A DNA stretch of 47,138 nt. Origin: Candidatus Methanomethylophilaceae archaeon. GTDB taxonomy: Bacteria; Bacteroidota; Bacteroidia; Bacteroidales; UBA932. Under the pieces are notes generated by a model. That model worked only from the letters and a program-made list of their open reading frames with translations. It was not told where the DNA came from and did no database searches. Made by a program: the position numbers and the translations under genes. Of the stretch, positions 1 to 7,788 are shown piece after piece. Within the stretch, counting starts at the first letter, position 1, and each line of letters starts with the position of its first letter. The DNA lies in contig CAVERO010000001.1 in assembly GCA_963617915.1 (NCBI GenBank), positions 1 to 47,138 on the forward strand, in the 5' to 3' direction.

Positions 1-72
1 CTGAGCCTGTCGAAGCGACCGAGCCTGTCGAAGCGACTGAGCCTGTCGAAGCGACTGAGCCTGTCGAAGCGA
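1..72 (+). repeat. 4 x 18-bp tandem REP-like repeat CYGAGCCTGTCGAAGCGA, in frame in the U32 gene
   Basis: Read directly; translates (L/P)SLSKR x4. A related motif recurs at 35020, 35139 (inverted) and 36658. Confidence 0.9.
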
Positions 73-852
73 CCGAACGGACAGGCATATTCGCTGAAAA
101 TCAGTGCAATAACTCAAGACGGACGGAGCGTCACACTTGAACGCGAAGCCGGCGACAGCGTGGCGGAGAACGCCGACAGGATGCGCGGAATGTCCGCTGC
201 CCAAATCTCAAAGGCCACGGGAATATATTCATTCACACTCCGCGCGCTCGAAGTAGAGACTCCTGACGGCTCGCTGCCGTTCCTCCCTGCCTCCGCGCTG
301 AACGCAATCAGACGTGACATCGCCGGCTCCCTCGAAGATATGCCTTGCAAGGCTGTTCCACTGCCTACAGTCCAAGCGGCCAACGCCCTCGGAATCGTCA
401 AAGTCCCTGACAACCTGAAAAACGCCAAACCTCTGTCCGAATGTCAGGAAAGTCGGCAAGACCGGAAGCCGATTCTGTCACAAGTCCATGATATTCAAGA
501 ACCGGCATCGGACGGCATCCACCTTTCGTACAAGGCGAACATCGCCAACCATATCGCCAGGGAGACCTACCTTTCACTGGGCGCATCCCAAACGGCCGAT
601 GCCTTTGAGATTTCTCACCGCACCGACGCCGAACTGATGCGGACCAAATACTGCATCCGCCACGAACTCGGTATCTGCCTGATTCATCGGCAAACAATCG
701 GAAATCAAGGCAAGGTCAACCTCACCACCAGTTCATCAGGCTCCGCCACAGCCAATCCGTCCGGGCATCTATATCTTACCAATAACGGCAAACGTTACCA
801 CCTCACATTCGACTGCACCAACTGCGAGATGATAGTCAAAGATAATCGCTGA
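1..852 (+). CDS. C-terminal part of a U32 family peptidase / RlhA-like protein (5' end outside window)
   Basis: Frame is open from base 1 through the 160..852 ORF. C-terminal LMRTKYCIRHELGIC...LTFDCTNCEM Cys pattern resembles Bacteroidales U32 proteins. Confidence 0.75.
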   Translation: MSLSKRPSLSKRLSLSKRLSLSKRPNGQAYSLKISAITQDGRSVTLEREAGDSVAENADRMRGMSAAQISKATGIYSFTLRALEVETPDGSLPFLPASALNAIRRDIAGSLEDMPCKAVPLPTVQAANALGIVKVPDNLKNAKPLSECQESRQDRKPILSQVHDIQEPASDGIHLSYKANIANHIARETYLSLGASQTADAFEISHRTDAELMRTKYCIRHELGICLIHRQTIGNQGKVNLTTSSSGSATANPSGHLYLTNNGKRYHLTFDCTNCEMIVKDNR

Positions 853-868
853 GGCAACTCCATAATAA

Positions 869-1028
869 GAAGCTGTTTTGATTTGTTTGTTTGAAGGTTT
901 GAGAGTGAAAAACTTCAGGTTCGACCGCTTCTTCCAAGGAGGATAGCGGTGCTATCTGACTGAAGAAGCGGGAAGAAGATGAAGATTTTTCACCTCAAAG
1001 AACATTTCAAACAAATCAAAACAGCTTC
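869..1028 (+). mobile_element. 160-bp palindromic MITE-like element E1 (ERIC-like core)
   Basis: TIR GAAGCTGTTTTGATTTGTTTG / CAAACAAATCAAAACAGCTTC, TAA on both sides, core GGAG-GATAGC-ggt-GCTATC-TGAC at 938-960. Confidence 0.85.
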
Positions 1029-1078
1029 TAAAATCGTGACAAAGCCGTCTTGTTTTCGCAGGATCCGTATCGCAATGA

Positions 1079-1441
1079 TCAAAGCATAAGCATCGCCGCA
1101 GGACGTATCTTCAGAAAACGACAGATATGTCCGGCCGTTTTCAGGCTCGGCTCTGATTTCCCGGACACGAAATCATTCACTCGCGTCGTGCTGATTCCGA
1201 GTTCTTTCGCAAGTTGTTTCTGGGTAATATGATTCTCTTTCAAGCCGTCAGCGATAAGATCGGCAACGCTTGGTTTGGCTATAGGAAAATGCTCCTTCTC
1301 ATAATCAATGACAATGTCAGACATCATCATCAACTCAATGGCCTTGGGGTCATCCAATGGTGTGCAGTCATCAACCAGAGGAAGCAGATCCTCTACTCTT
1401 CTCTGCGCAAATCTGTACTGGTCTTCAGTGATCACCCTCAT
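1079..1441 (-). CDS. higA: HigA-type antitoxin (XRE HTH)
   Basis: 120 aa; N-terminal ITEDQY...DYEKEHFPI and C-terminal HTH (ITQKQLAKELGISTTRVNDFVSGK); directly downstream of higB. Confidence 0.9.
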   Translation of the reverse strand: MRVITEDQYRFAQRRVEDLLPLVDDCTPLDDPKAIELMMMSDIVIDYEKEHFPIAKPSVADLIADGLKENHITQKQLAKELGISTTRVNDFVSGKSEPSLKTAGHICRFLKIRPAAMLML

Positions 1442-1453
1442 AATTATACCCTC

Positions 1454-1753
1454 CTATATTGTTGAAGCATCAATTTTGTCATAATCTTGGTGAGTGCCGA
1501 CGAAACGTATGAAAACATACCCCATTACAATCTTAACAACGACAATCAACCTATACTTGTTGCCACCGATGTTAAAAACATAATGTTGGTTCCCCACATA
1601 GTCAACCGTTCCGAAAGACAACCGCATTTCCGCAAAAGAATGCCACCGTGCCTCCTCAACTGCATGATACCAACGTTCAAGTGGCACTTTTGCGTCTTCG
1701 TGCCCGGCTTGCTCATAAAATTCCTTCAGTGTTCTATGCGAAACGATTCTCAT
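1454..1753 (-). CDS. higB: HigB-type toxin (mRNA interferase)
   Basis: MRIVSHRTL...VFNIGGNKYRLIV...IRFVGTHQDYDKID. Likely start is the ATG at 1753; the longer ORF-track extension runs into repeat element E2. Confidence 0.9.
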   Translation of the reverse strand: MRIVSHRTLKEFYEQAGHEDAKVPLERWYHAVEEARWHSFAEMRLSFGTVDYVGNQHYVFNIGGNKYRLIVVVKIVMGYVFIRFVGTHQDYDKIDASTI

Positions 1754-1757
1754 TTTA

Positions 1758-1913
1758 GAAATCTTCAAAAAATAACCTGCATCATCTTTTTCATTCTTTT
1801 CGGCCTGGATTCCTTTTCTCATCAGTCGTGTACATCCGGTACACTCCTTCTTCCAAAAGAAATCTATACTCGAAAAAAAACAAATCTGAAGCAGTTTATT
1901 CTTTTCTTGTTTC
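1758..1913 (-). mobile_element. 156-bp palindromic element E2 (ERIC-like core) in the higB leader
   Basis: Minus-strand core GAAGAAGGAG-TGTAC-cggat-GTACA-CGACTGATGA, degenerate TIRs, TAA on both sides (plus-strand TTA at 1755-57 and 1914-16). Confidence 0.75.
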
Positions 1914-1923
1914 TTAACAGATA

Positions 1924-1988
1924 CAAATATATATAATAATTCCGTAAATCAAGATTTTTCATCGCAAAAATTCTCATTTACGGAATTA
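1924..1988 (-). promoter_or_regulatory. higBA promoter (-7 TATATTTG) and 13-bp inverted repeat, a candidate operator
   Basis: TAnnTTTG at 1924-1931; TAATTCCGTAAAT (1937-49) / ATTTACGGAATTA (1976-88). Confidence 0.6.
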
Positions 1989-2019
1989 ATGAACCTACAA
2001 GGTGACCTTGACTAGCGGA

Positions 2020-3240
2020 TTAAAGGAAACTGAAGGTGATGCTGACATCGCCGAAGCGGTTTGGCTTGCCGTTGTACTTCTCGAAGTAGTAGCTTGAAAG
2101 CTTGCCGCGCCAGACAAGGTCATCGTTGCGGCGGAAAGGCAGGTCAACCTCGAAACCATAAGACTTGGACTTGATCTTGACAAGACCGCTTGCCTTCCAC
2201 GAGGTCTGTTTGCCGCCGTCATCCTCAATCATAAGGAAGACACATTCCTCAAGCTGCGGAGTCCACTCCGACACAACTATAGTGTTGAACCGCAATGTAG
2301 TACCCACATATTTACGTTTCACATTGATCATCATGTCCGTGACCGAAGGGCTGTACAGCTTGAGTTCATCCTCGGTCTGGGCCGTGAATCCGCTCAAGGC
2401 TCCGCATTTGACAAAGAACTCCGAACCGCCGGCCAACCAGGAGTCATAGTTCCTGTGGGCTTTGAACTCTTTCAATACCAAAGTCTTGGAGTCACTGTTG
2501 GATCTTGTGTCCACGGAAAACGCACGCTCAGGGTAAAGAGCCTCGACCATCTGAGGCGTCATGTATGACGAATCCTCATTCCGGTTGATGACCCAAACGG
2601 GATGCGTGCGGGCATATTCCTCATCCACAACCACTTCCTTGACAATCCAGGAACCGTTCGGGAGCTGTTCCCGAAGAAAGCCCACATTCGACCCTCTCCC
2701 TTCAGTGATTACTGAATATGATCGCGTCTCCTCCTCCGGAGCAAATGTGATCACAGGCATGGTCTTCCCGTCCCAATCCTCGGAATACGGCCAGTAAATC
2801 TGAAGGCCTGAACCTGAAAGCGCTTCGGTAAAAGACCCGGCCCTGGTCTGCGGAAGGCCGGACGAAGACAGCAGGTCACGGAGCGGCTCAGGATATTCAG
2901 CCGCAGACCTTGTCGGGAGCAGTTCATCGCCTACTCCCGAGCCCGGGCTGGAAAACAGGTTGGAGAAAGGATACTCCTCATCATAACCGTTGGAAGACGA
3001 GGCTTTCACCCCGTCATACACCTCTCGCACCTGCGAGATTGTCAGAGGCAATCCGGAAAGCATTCTGGCCACACTTTCGGCGGAAAAGTCGGAGACGGAG
3101 CCCTCCATGGCGACAGGTTCCGAGAAGGAAAGACAAGGCTGTTCCGCACGCTCACAAGCGGAGAGAAACAGAACCGTCCCGGCCACAAGCGCCGGCCCCA
3201 CCGGGACCAGCAACTTCTTCATTGTACTGAAATTCTTCAT
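2020..3240 (-). CDS. Uncharacterised lipoprotein
   Basis: Long ORF with lipobox LFLSAC after a hydrophobic leader; start at 3240 or 3222. Confidence 0.75.
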   Translation of the reverse strand: MKNFSTMKKLLVPVGPALVAGTVLFLSACERAEQPCLSFSEPVAMEGSVSDFSAESVARMLSGLPLTISQVREVYDGVKASSSNGYDEEYPFSNLFSSPGSGVGDELLPTRSAAEYPEPLRDLLSSSGLPQTRAGSFTEALSGSGLQIYWPYSEDWDGKTMPVITFAPEEETRSYSVITEGRGSNVGFLREQLPNGSWIVKEVVVDEEYARTHPVWVINRNEDSSYMTPQMVEALYPERAFSVDTRSNSDSKTLVLKEFKAHRNYDSWLAGGSEFFVKCGALSGFTAQTEDELKLYSPSVTDMMINVKRKYVGTTLRFNTIVVSEWTPQLEECVFLMIEDDGGKQTSWKASGLVKIKSKSYGFEVDLPFRRNDDLVWRGKLSSYYFEKYNGKPNRFGDVSITFSFL

Positions 3241-3282
3241 CTTAAACGAGTTTAAAGTTAATATTGCAGCACAAAGTGACAT

Positions 3283-3316
3283 AAAAATAGCCGTGGAAAC
3301 AAAAAATCCACGGCTA
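3283..3316 (-). terminator. Intrinsic terminator after prmC
   Basis: TAGCCGTGGA / TCCACGGCTA stem followed by a T-run on the minus strand. Confidence 0.6.
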
Positions 3317-3351
3317 AGTGTCAAAAACGGCCACTGGGTTCCTTCCAGAGG

Positions 3352-4254
3352 CTATTTGGAATAAAACACAAAGCGGTTTTTGTCGTAAAAATCCTTGACG
3401 ACTTCCGTTTTCGGGAAACCTGCGTCGCTGAAAACTTTCGCTGTCTCGGATGCGAGAAGCTCATTGACCTCCGTCAGACCCTTGCCCTCGGCCGAAAGAC
3501 AGGAATGGGACAAGGCCGCGATGGAACGGTAGAACACCAACGGATCCCCATCCTCAACAAACAAAGCCGTTGAAGGCTCGTAGTTCAGGACATTGACCCG
3601 CATCTGGGTTTTCTGGGACTCCATTATGTAAGGAGGATTGCTGAGGACAAGGTCGTATTCCCCGTCAGCGAATGTCGGGTGCGCATCCAGAACATCGGCG
3701 ACAATGAACTTGGGAGCCAGCGCCCCGGTCTCTTTCAGCTTAAGCGCGAAATCCTGCGAAGAGGCGATGGCCACAGCCTTCTCTGATATGTCAACTCCCG
3801 TCACTTCCGCTCCCGGAATATTCAACGCCACTGTCCAGGCGATACACCCGGAACCGGTGCAGAGATCCAGAATACGGACAGGCCTTGCGGATTTACCATA
3901 AGCCTTTCTCATCCTCAGGATTCTTGAGCCGATCTTCACAGCCTCACGGCAAAGCAGCTCAGTCTCGGGGCGCGGGATGAGCACATCACGGGAAACCTTG
4001 AACCTGAGGCCGCAGAAGTCAGCGGACCCGATGACATACTGAATCGGCTCACCGGAGGCAAGCCTGTCAAGATCAGAGTGGAGAGCCTCCTGAGACTTGT
4101 CATTCACGGCATACTCAGGCTCAACGATGTGAGTGTAACTTTTAGTGCCGATGCGGCTCTCGCAAAGCATCAGCATTATGTTCCTTGCCTCCTTGGTCGG
4201 ATAAAGCGGCTCAAGGCGGGCAACACCTTCATTAAGGAAATCTTTCAATAGCAT
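3352..4254 (-). CDS. prmC: Release factor glutamine methyltransferase HemK
   Basis: GEPIQYV, VLIPRPETE, LDLCTGSGCIA and SNPPY motifs. Confidence 0.95.
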   Translation of the reverse strand: MLLKDFLNEGVARLEPLYPTKEARNIMLMLCESRIGTKSYTHIVEPEYAVNDKSQEALHSDLDRLASGEPIQYVIGSADFCGLRFKVSRDVLIPRPETELLCREAVKIGSRILRMRKAYGKSARPVRILDLCTGSGCIAWTVALNIPGAEVTGVDISEKAVAIASSQDFALKLKETGALAPKFIVADVLDAHPTFADGEYDLVLSNPPYIMESQKTQMRVNVLNYEPSTALFVEDGDPLVFYRSIAALSHSCLSAEGKGLTEVNELLASETAKVFSDAGFPKTEVVKDFYDKNRFVFYSK

Positions 4255-4283
4255 AGGCTTGATAGTCTAAATCAGAATTGTTG

Positions 4284-5300
4284 TTATGAGTTCTCTATTA
4301 TTCCTGTCAGGAAATCCGTGATGTCCATCCCCGCCGCGCGGATCATCTTCGGCACGAGCGAAGCGCTGGTCATTCCGGGGATAGTGTTGACCTCCAGGAA
4401 ATAAAGGCCGTCTTCGGCGAGAATATAATCCATCCTGACCACACCGGAGCAACCGAGCCTCGAATATATTCTTTTGCTTACTTCCTGAATATGCCCGCTC
4501 AGGCTCCCGTCAATCGGGGCCGGGCAGATCTCCTGACTGTGGCCGTTGTACTTGGCGTCGTAGTCAAAATAGTCATTTTCAGTGACAATCTGAATCACAG
4601 GCAAAGACTTGACCCCATCCTGGGCAGCGTAGGCCGCACAGGTGAACTCACGTCCTGATATTCCTTGTTCTATAATGACAGAAGGCCCCTCGGAAAAGGC
4701 GAACCGGACAGCCTCCGGCAGATCCTCGGCCTTGCGGACCTTGGTGATTCCGAAACTTGACCCCCCGTCCGTAGGCTTCACGAAGACCGGGAATGTCAAA
4801 CTATCCGCCACCTTACGGCATACAGCGTCAATGTCCATTCCGTTGCGGACAAAGACATCCGGCGCGCACTTCACAAAATCGACCTCCCGCAGATAACTCT
4901 TGCAGGCGAACTTGTCAAAGGCGATCGCCGAGACAAACGCTCCGCAGCTGCTGAACGGAACCCCGAGCATCTCAAGATAACCCTGAAGAAGACCGTTCTC
5001 CCCCGGAGTGCCGTGCTGCATTATGTAGGCATAGTCGAACTTTATCTTTTCCCCATAGACCTTGACGGAGAAATCCGTCTTGTCAATCTCAGGCCTTGCT
5101 CCCTCCGCGAAAGGAATCCTCATGGCGTTCCTCTTCCTCATGGCCACAAGAGACCATTTGCCGAATCTGGCAAAAATCTCATAGACATCGTACTTCGTAC
5201 CGTCGATGCGGGAAGCGACAAACTCCCCGCTGCGGCAAGCGACCTCCCATTCCGATGAGTCACTTCCATAAATCACTGCAATCCTTTGGTACTTGCACAT
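4284..5300 (-). CDS. ddl: D-alanine--D-alanine ligase
   Basis: HGTPGENG, FVKPTDGGSSFG, DYDAKY and LEVNTIPGMT motifs. Confidence 0.95.
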   Translation of the reverse strand: MCKYQRIAVIYGSDSSEWEVACRSGEFVASRIDGTKYDVYEIFARFGKWSLVAMRKRNAMRIPFAEGARPEIDKTDFSVKVYGEKIKFDYAYIMQHGTPGENGLLQGYLEMLGVPFSSCGAFVSAIAFDKFACKSYLREVDFVKCAPDVFVRNGMDIDAVCRKVADSLTFPVFVKPTDGGSSFGITKVRKAEDLPEAVRFAFSEGPSVIIEQGISGREFTCAAYAAQDGVKSLPVIQIVTENDYFDYDAKYNGHSQEICPAPIDGSLSGHIQEVSKRIYSRLGCSGVVRMDYILAEDGLYFLEVNTIPGMTSASLVPKMIRAAGMDITDFLTGIIENS

Positions 5301-5330
5301 AATCAATTGTATATTCCTGATATATTCCTT

Positions 5331-7682
5331 TTACTCAAAATAGTAGTCCTCCGTCTTCTGCTGCGCGTCCGTGGCGTCGTCGTCGCCTCCGGTGCAGTTC
5401 AGGTCGAGGCTCACGCCGGCAGGGGCAATGAAGCGGTCATTCTCCGAGACGCCGAGAGTCCCGTCCTCGATGACTTTGCGCATGAATATTCCCCAAGTCG
5501 GCAGGGACATATGTGCGCCTTGGCCGTAAGTGATTGACTGGAAATGCACCTGACGGTCTTCCGCCCCGGTCCATATTCCGGCCACGAGGGTCGGGGTGTA
5601 GCCTATGAACCAACCGTCCGCATTGTCGTTGGTGGTCCCGGTCTTTCCGGCGATCTCGCCCATCAGCTTGTAGCGGTAGCGAAGCCTGCTGGCGGTCCCG
5701 CCCTGCACGACACCCTCCATCAGATTGACCATCAGGTAGGCCGTGTTCTCCCCAATCGCCTCACGTTTGCGGTTGGTGAACTCGCTGATGACGTTGCCTT
5801 GGTTGTCCTCAATCCTCGTAACGAACATAGGCTCGATGTAAACGCCTCTGGACGGGAACGTGTTGTAGGCCGCGACCATCTCCCAAAGAGACAGGTCTGC
5901 GGGACCAACACACAAAGCCGGAACCTCATCGATATGGCTCTGAATCCCCATCCTGCGCATCATGTCAGCCATCGCCTCCGGGCCGAACTGCTTCATCAGA
6001 TAGGCGGAGATGTTGTTCGAACTGTTGGTGAGGCCCCATTTCAGGGTGACCGTCTTGCCTATCCACTGCTCCTTGTCGGTACTCCTCGGAGTCCAGGTGT
6101 TGCCGTCCGGAAGGACAAAGGTCTGAGGAAGGTTCACGACCTTGTAGCAAGGGGTCATGCCCTCCTGCATCGCAAGGGTGTAGAGGAACGGTTTGATTGT
6201 CGAACCGACCTGACGCTTGCCCTGACGGACGTTGTCGTACTTGAAGTAGCGGTAGTTCGGGCCTCCGACGTATGCCTTCACGTGTCCCGTTCCCGGCTCC
6301 ATCGCCACAAAGGCCGTGCGGAGAATCGACTTGTAGTAGCGGATCGAGTCATCCGGAGTCATGGTGGTGTCGGAATAGCCTTTCCTGTTATAGGCGAAGA
6401 CGCGCATCTTCGTCGGCTGTGAGAATGTCTTCAGAATCTGAGCCTCCGTAAGTCCTTCCTTCTTAAGCGTGCGGTAACGGTCGCTCCACCGTCTGGCCTG
6501 GCGCATGACCCTGTCCCGCGTCTCTTCGTCTATGTCATTGGAGAAAGGCTTGTTGGTCTTGCTTTTCAAATCCCTGCGGAAATCCGCCTGAAGGTCGCGG
6601 ATTCTCTCGGCGACAGCCTCTTCGGCATATTTCTGCATCTTGTAGTTGATGGTCGTGTAGATCCGCAGGCCGTCCCTGTCAAGGTCATACCTGCCGCCGT
6701 CCGCCTTCCTGTTCTTCTCAAGCCAGCCGTAAAGGTCGTCCGCCGCCCAGGCAAGAGAGTCGGCCGAGTAGTCCTCCAGCACTGAATAATCGGAGCGGCG
6801 AGGCTTTCTGGCGTTCATCACGCGACGGACCATGTCCCTGAAATACGGCGCCAGACCGGCGTTGTGGTCCTGCACCTCATAGTTCAGTTCGATCGGAATA
6901 AGGCGGATGGAATCCCTCTGGGCCTTCTCAAGATAACCCGCCTTCTCCATCTGGCCGATCACGAAGTTCCTTCTGGTCAAGGCCTTGTCCGGGTTGATGG
7001 CCGGGTTGTACCTTGTCGGCTTGTTGACCATTCCGACAAGCATTGCGCTTTCCTCGACGGTGAGCTCTGACGGGAGCTTCCCGAAGAACGTCTCCGACGC
7101 CGAACGCACACCGTACGCTCCGCTGCCGAAGAATATGGAGTTGAGGTACATCGTCATGATCTCGTCCTTGGTGTAGTCCCTTTCCAGCTTCACGGCGGTG
7201 ATCCACTCCTTCAGTTTGGTCCACACCATCCTGACATGGTATATTCCCGGAATCCTGCGTCCCATCTCCGCCCTCGGGTAGAGGGTCTTGGCCAGCTGCT
7301 GGGTGATCGTGCTGCCGCCGCCCTGACTGGAGTTGTGCAGCAGGATGGTCTTGAAAAACACTCGCCCGAGACCTTTGAAATCGATTCCTGAATGCTTGTA
7401 GAAACGGACATCCTCGGTAGCCACGGCGGCATGGACAAGGTTCGGAGAAATCTCGTCGTAGGAGACGTAGGTCCTGTTCTCGATGTGGAATGTCGTCAGA
7501 ATCTCCCCGTCCTCGGCGATGACCTGTGTGGCCAGCTTGTTGTCAGGATTCTCCAGATCCTTGAACGACGGGATGTCGGCGAACATCCAGACAAGGAGTA
7601 CCATAAGGACAAGAAGCAGAACCGGAAACGTCACCACGATCCAGAACCACTTGATTATTTTCTTTCGAGTTGTGTCGGTCAT
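5331..7682 (-). CDS. mrcA: Class A penicillin-binding protein 1A
   Basis: N-terminal TM; EDVRFYKH and GGSTITQQLAK transglycosylase motifs; STIK, SSN and KTGT transpeptidase motifs. Confidence 0.93.
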   Translation of the reverse strand: MTDTTRKKIIKWFWIVVTFPVLLLVLMVLLVWMFADIPSFKDLENPDNKLATQVIAEDGEILTTFHIENRTYVSYDEISPNLVHAAVATEDVRFYKHSGIDFKGLGRVFFKTILLHNSSQGGGSTITQQLAKTLYPRAEMGRRIPGIYHVRMVWTKLKEWITAVKLERDYTKDEIMTMYLNSIFFGSGAYGVRSASETFFGKLPSELTVEESAMLVGMVNKPTRYNPAINPDKALTRRNFVIGQMEKAGYLEKAQRDSIRLIPIELNYEVQDHNAGLAPYFRDMVRRVMNARKPRRSDYSVLEDYSADSLAWAADDLYGWLEKNRKADGGRYDLDRDGLRIYTTINYKMQKYAEEAVAERIRDLQADFRRDLKSKTNKPFSNDIDEETRDRVMRQARRWSDRYRTLKKEGLTEAQILKTFSQPTKMRVFAYNRKGYSDTTMTPDDSIRYYKSILRTAFVAMEPGTGHVKAYVGGPNYRYFKYDNVRQGKRQVGSTIKPFLYTLAMQEGMTPCYKVVNLPQTFVLPDGNTWTPRSTDKEQWIGKTVTLKWGLTNSSNNISAYLMKQFGPEAMADMMRRMGIQSHIDEVPALCVGPADLSLWEMVAAYNTFPSRGVYIEPMFVTRIEDNQGNVISEFTNRKREAIGENTAYLMVNLMEGVVQGGTASRLRYRYKLMGEIAGKTGTTNDNADGWFIGYTPTLVAGIWTGAEDRQVHFQSITYGQGAHMSLPTWGIFMRKVIEDGTLGVSENDRFIAPAGVSLDLNCTGGDDDATDAQQKTEDYYFE

Positions 7683-7788
7683 AATAAAGACAAATTTATA
7701 ACAAAATTTGGAAAATTGCCCGGTTTGTGGTTTACTTTGCAGATTGAAATGGCAAACTATCTATGAAAGACCTGTAAAATAGTACAAT

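Noticed and set aside
1754..1822. N-terminal extension of HigB in the ORF track
   Set aside because: Extension lies inside element E2; the family-typical start is MRIVS at 1753.
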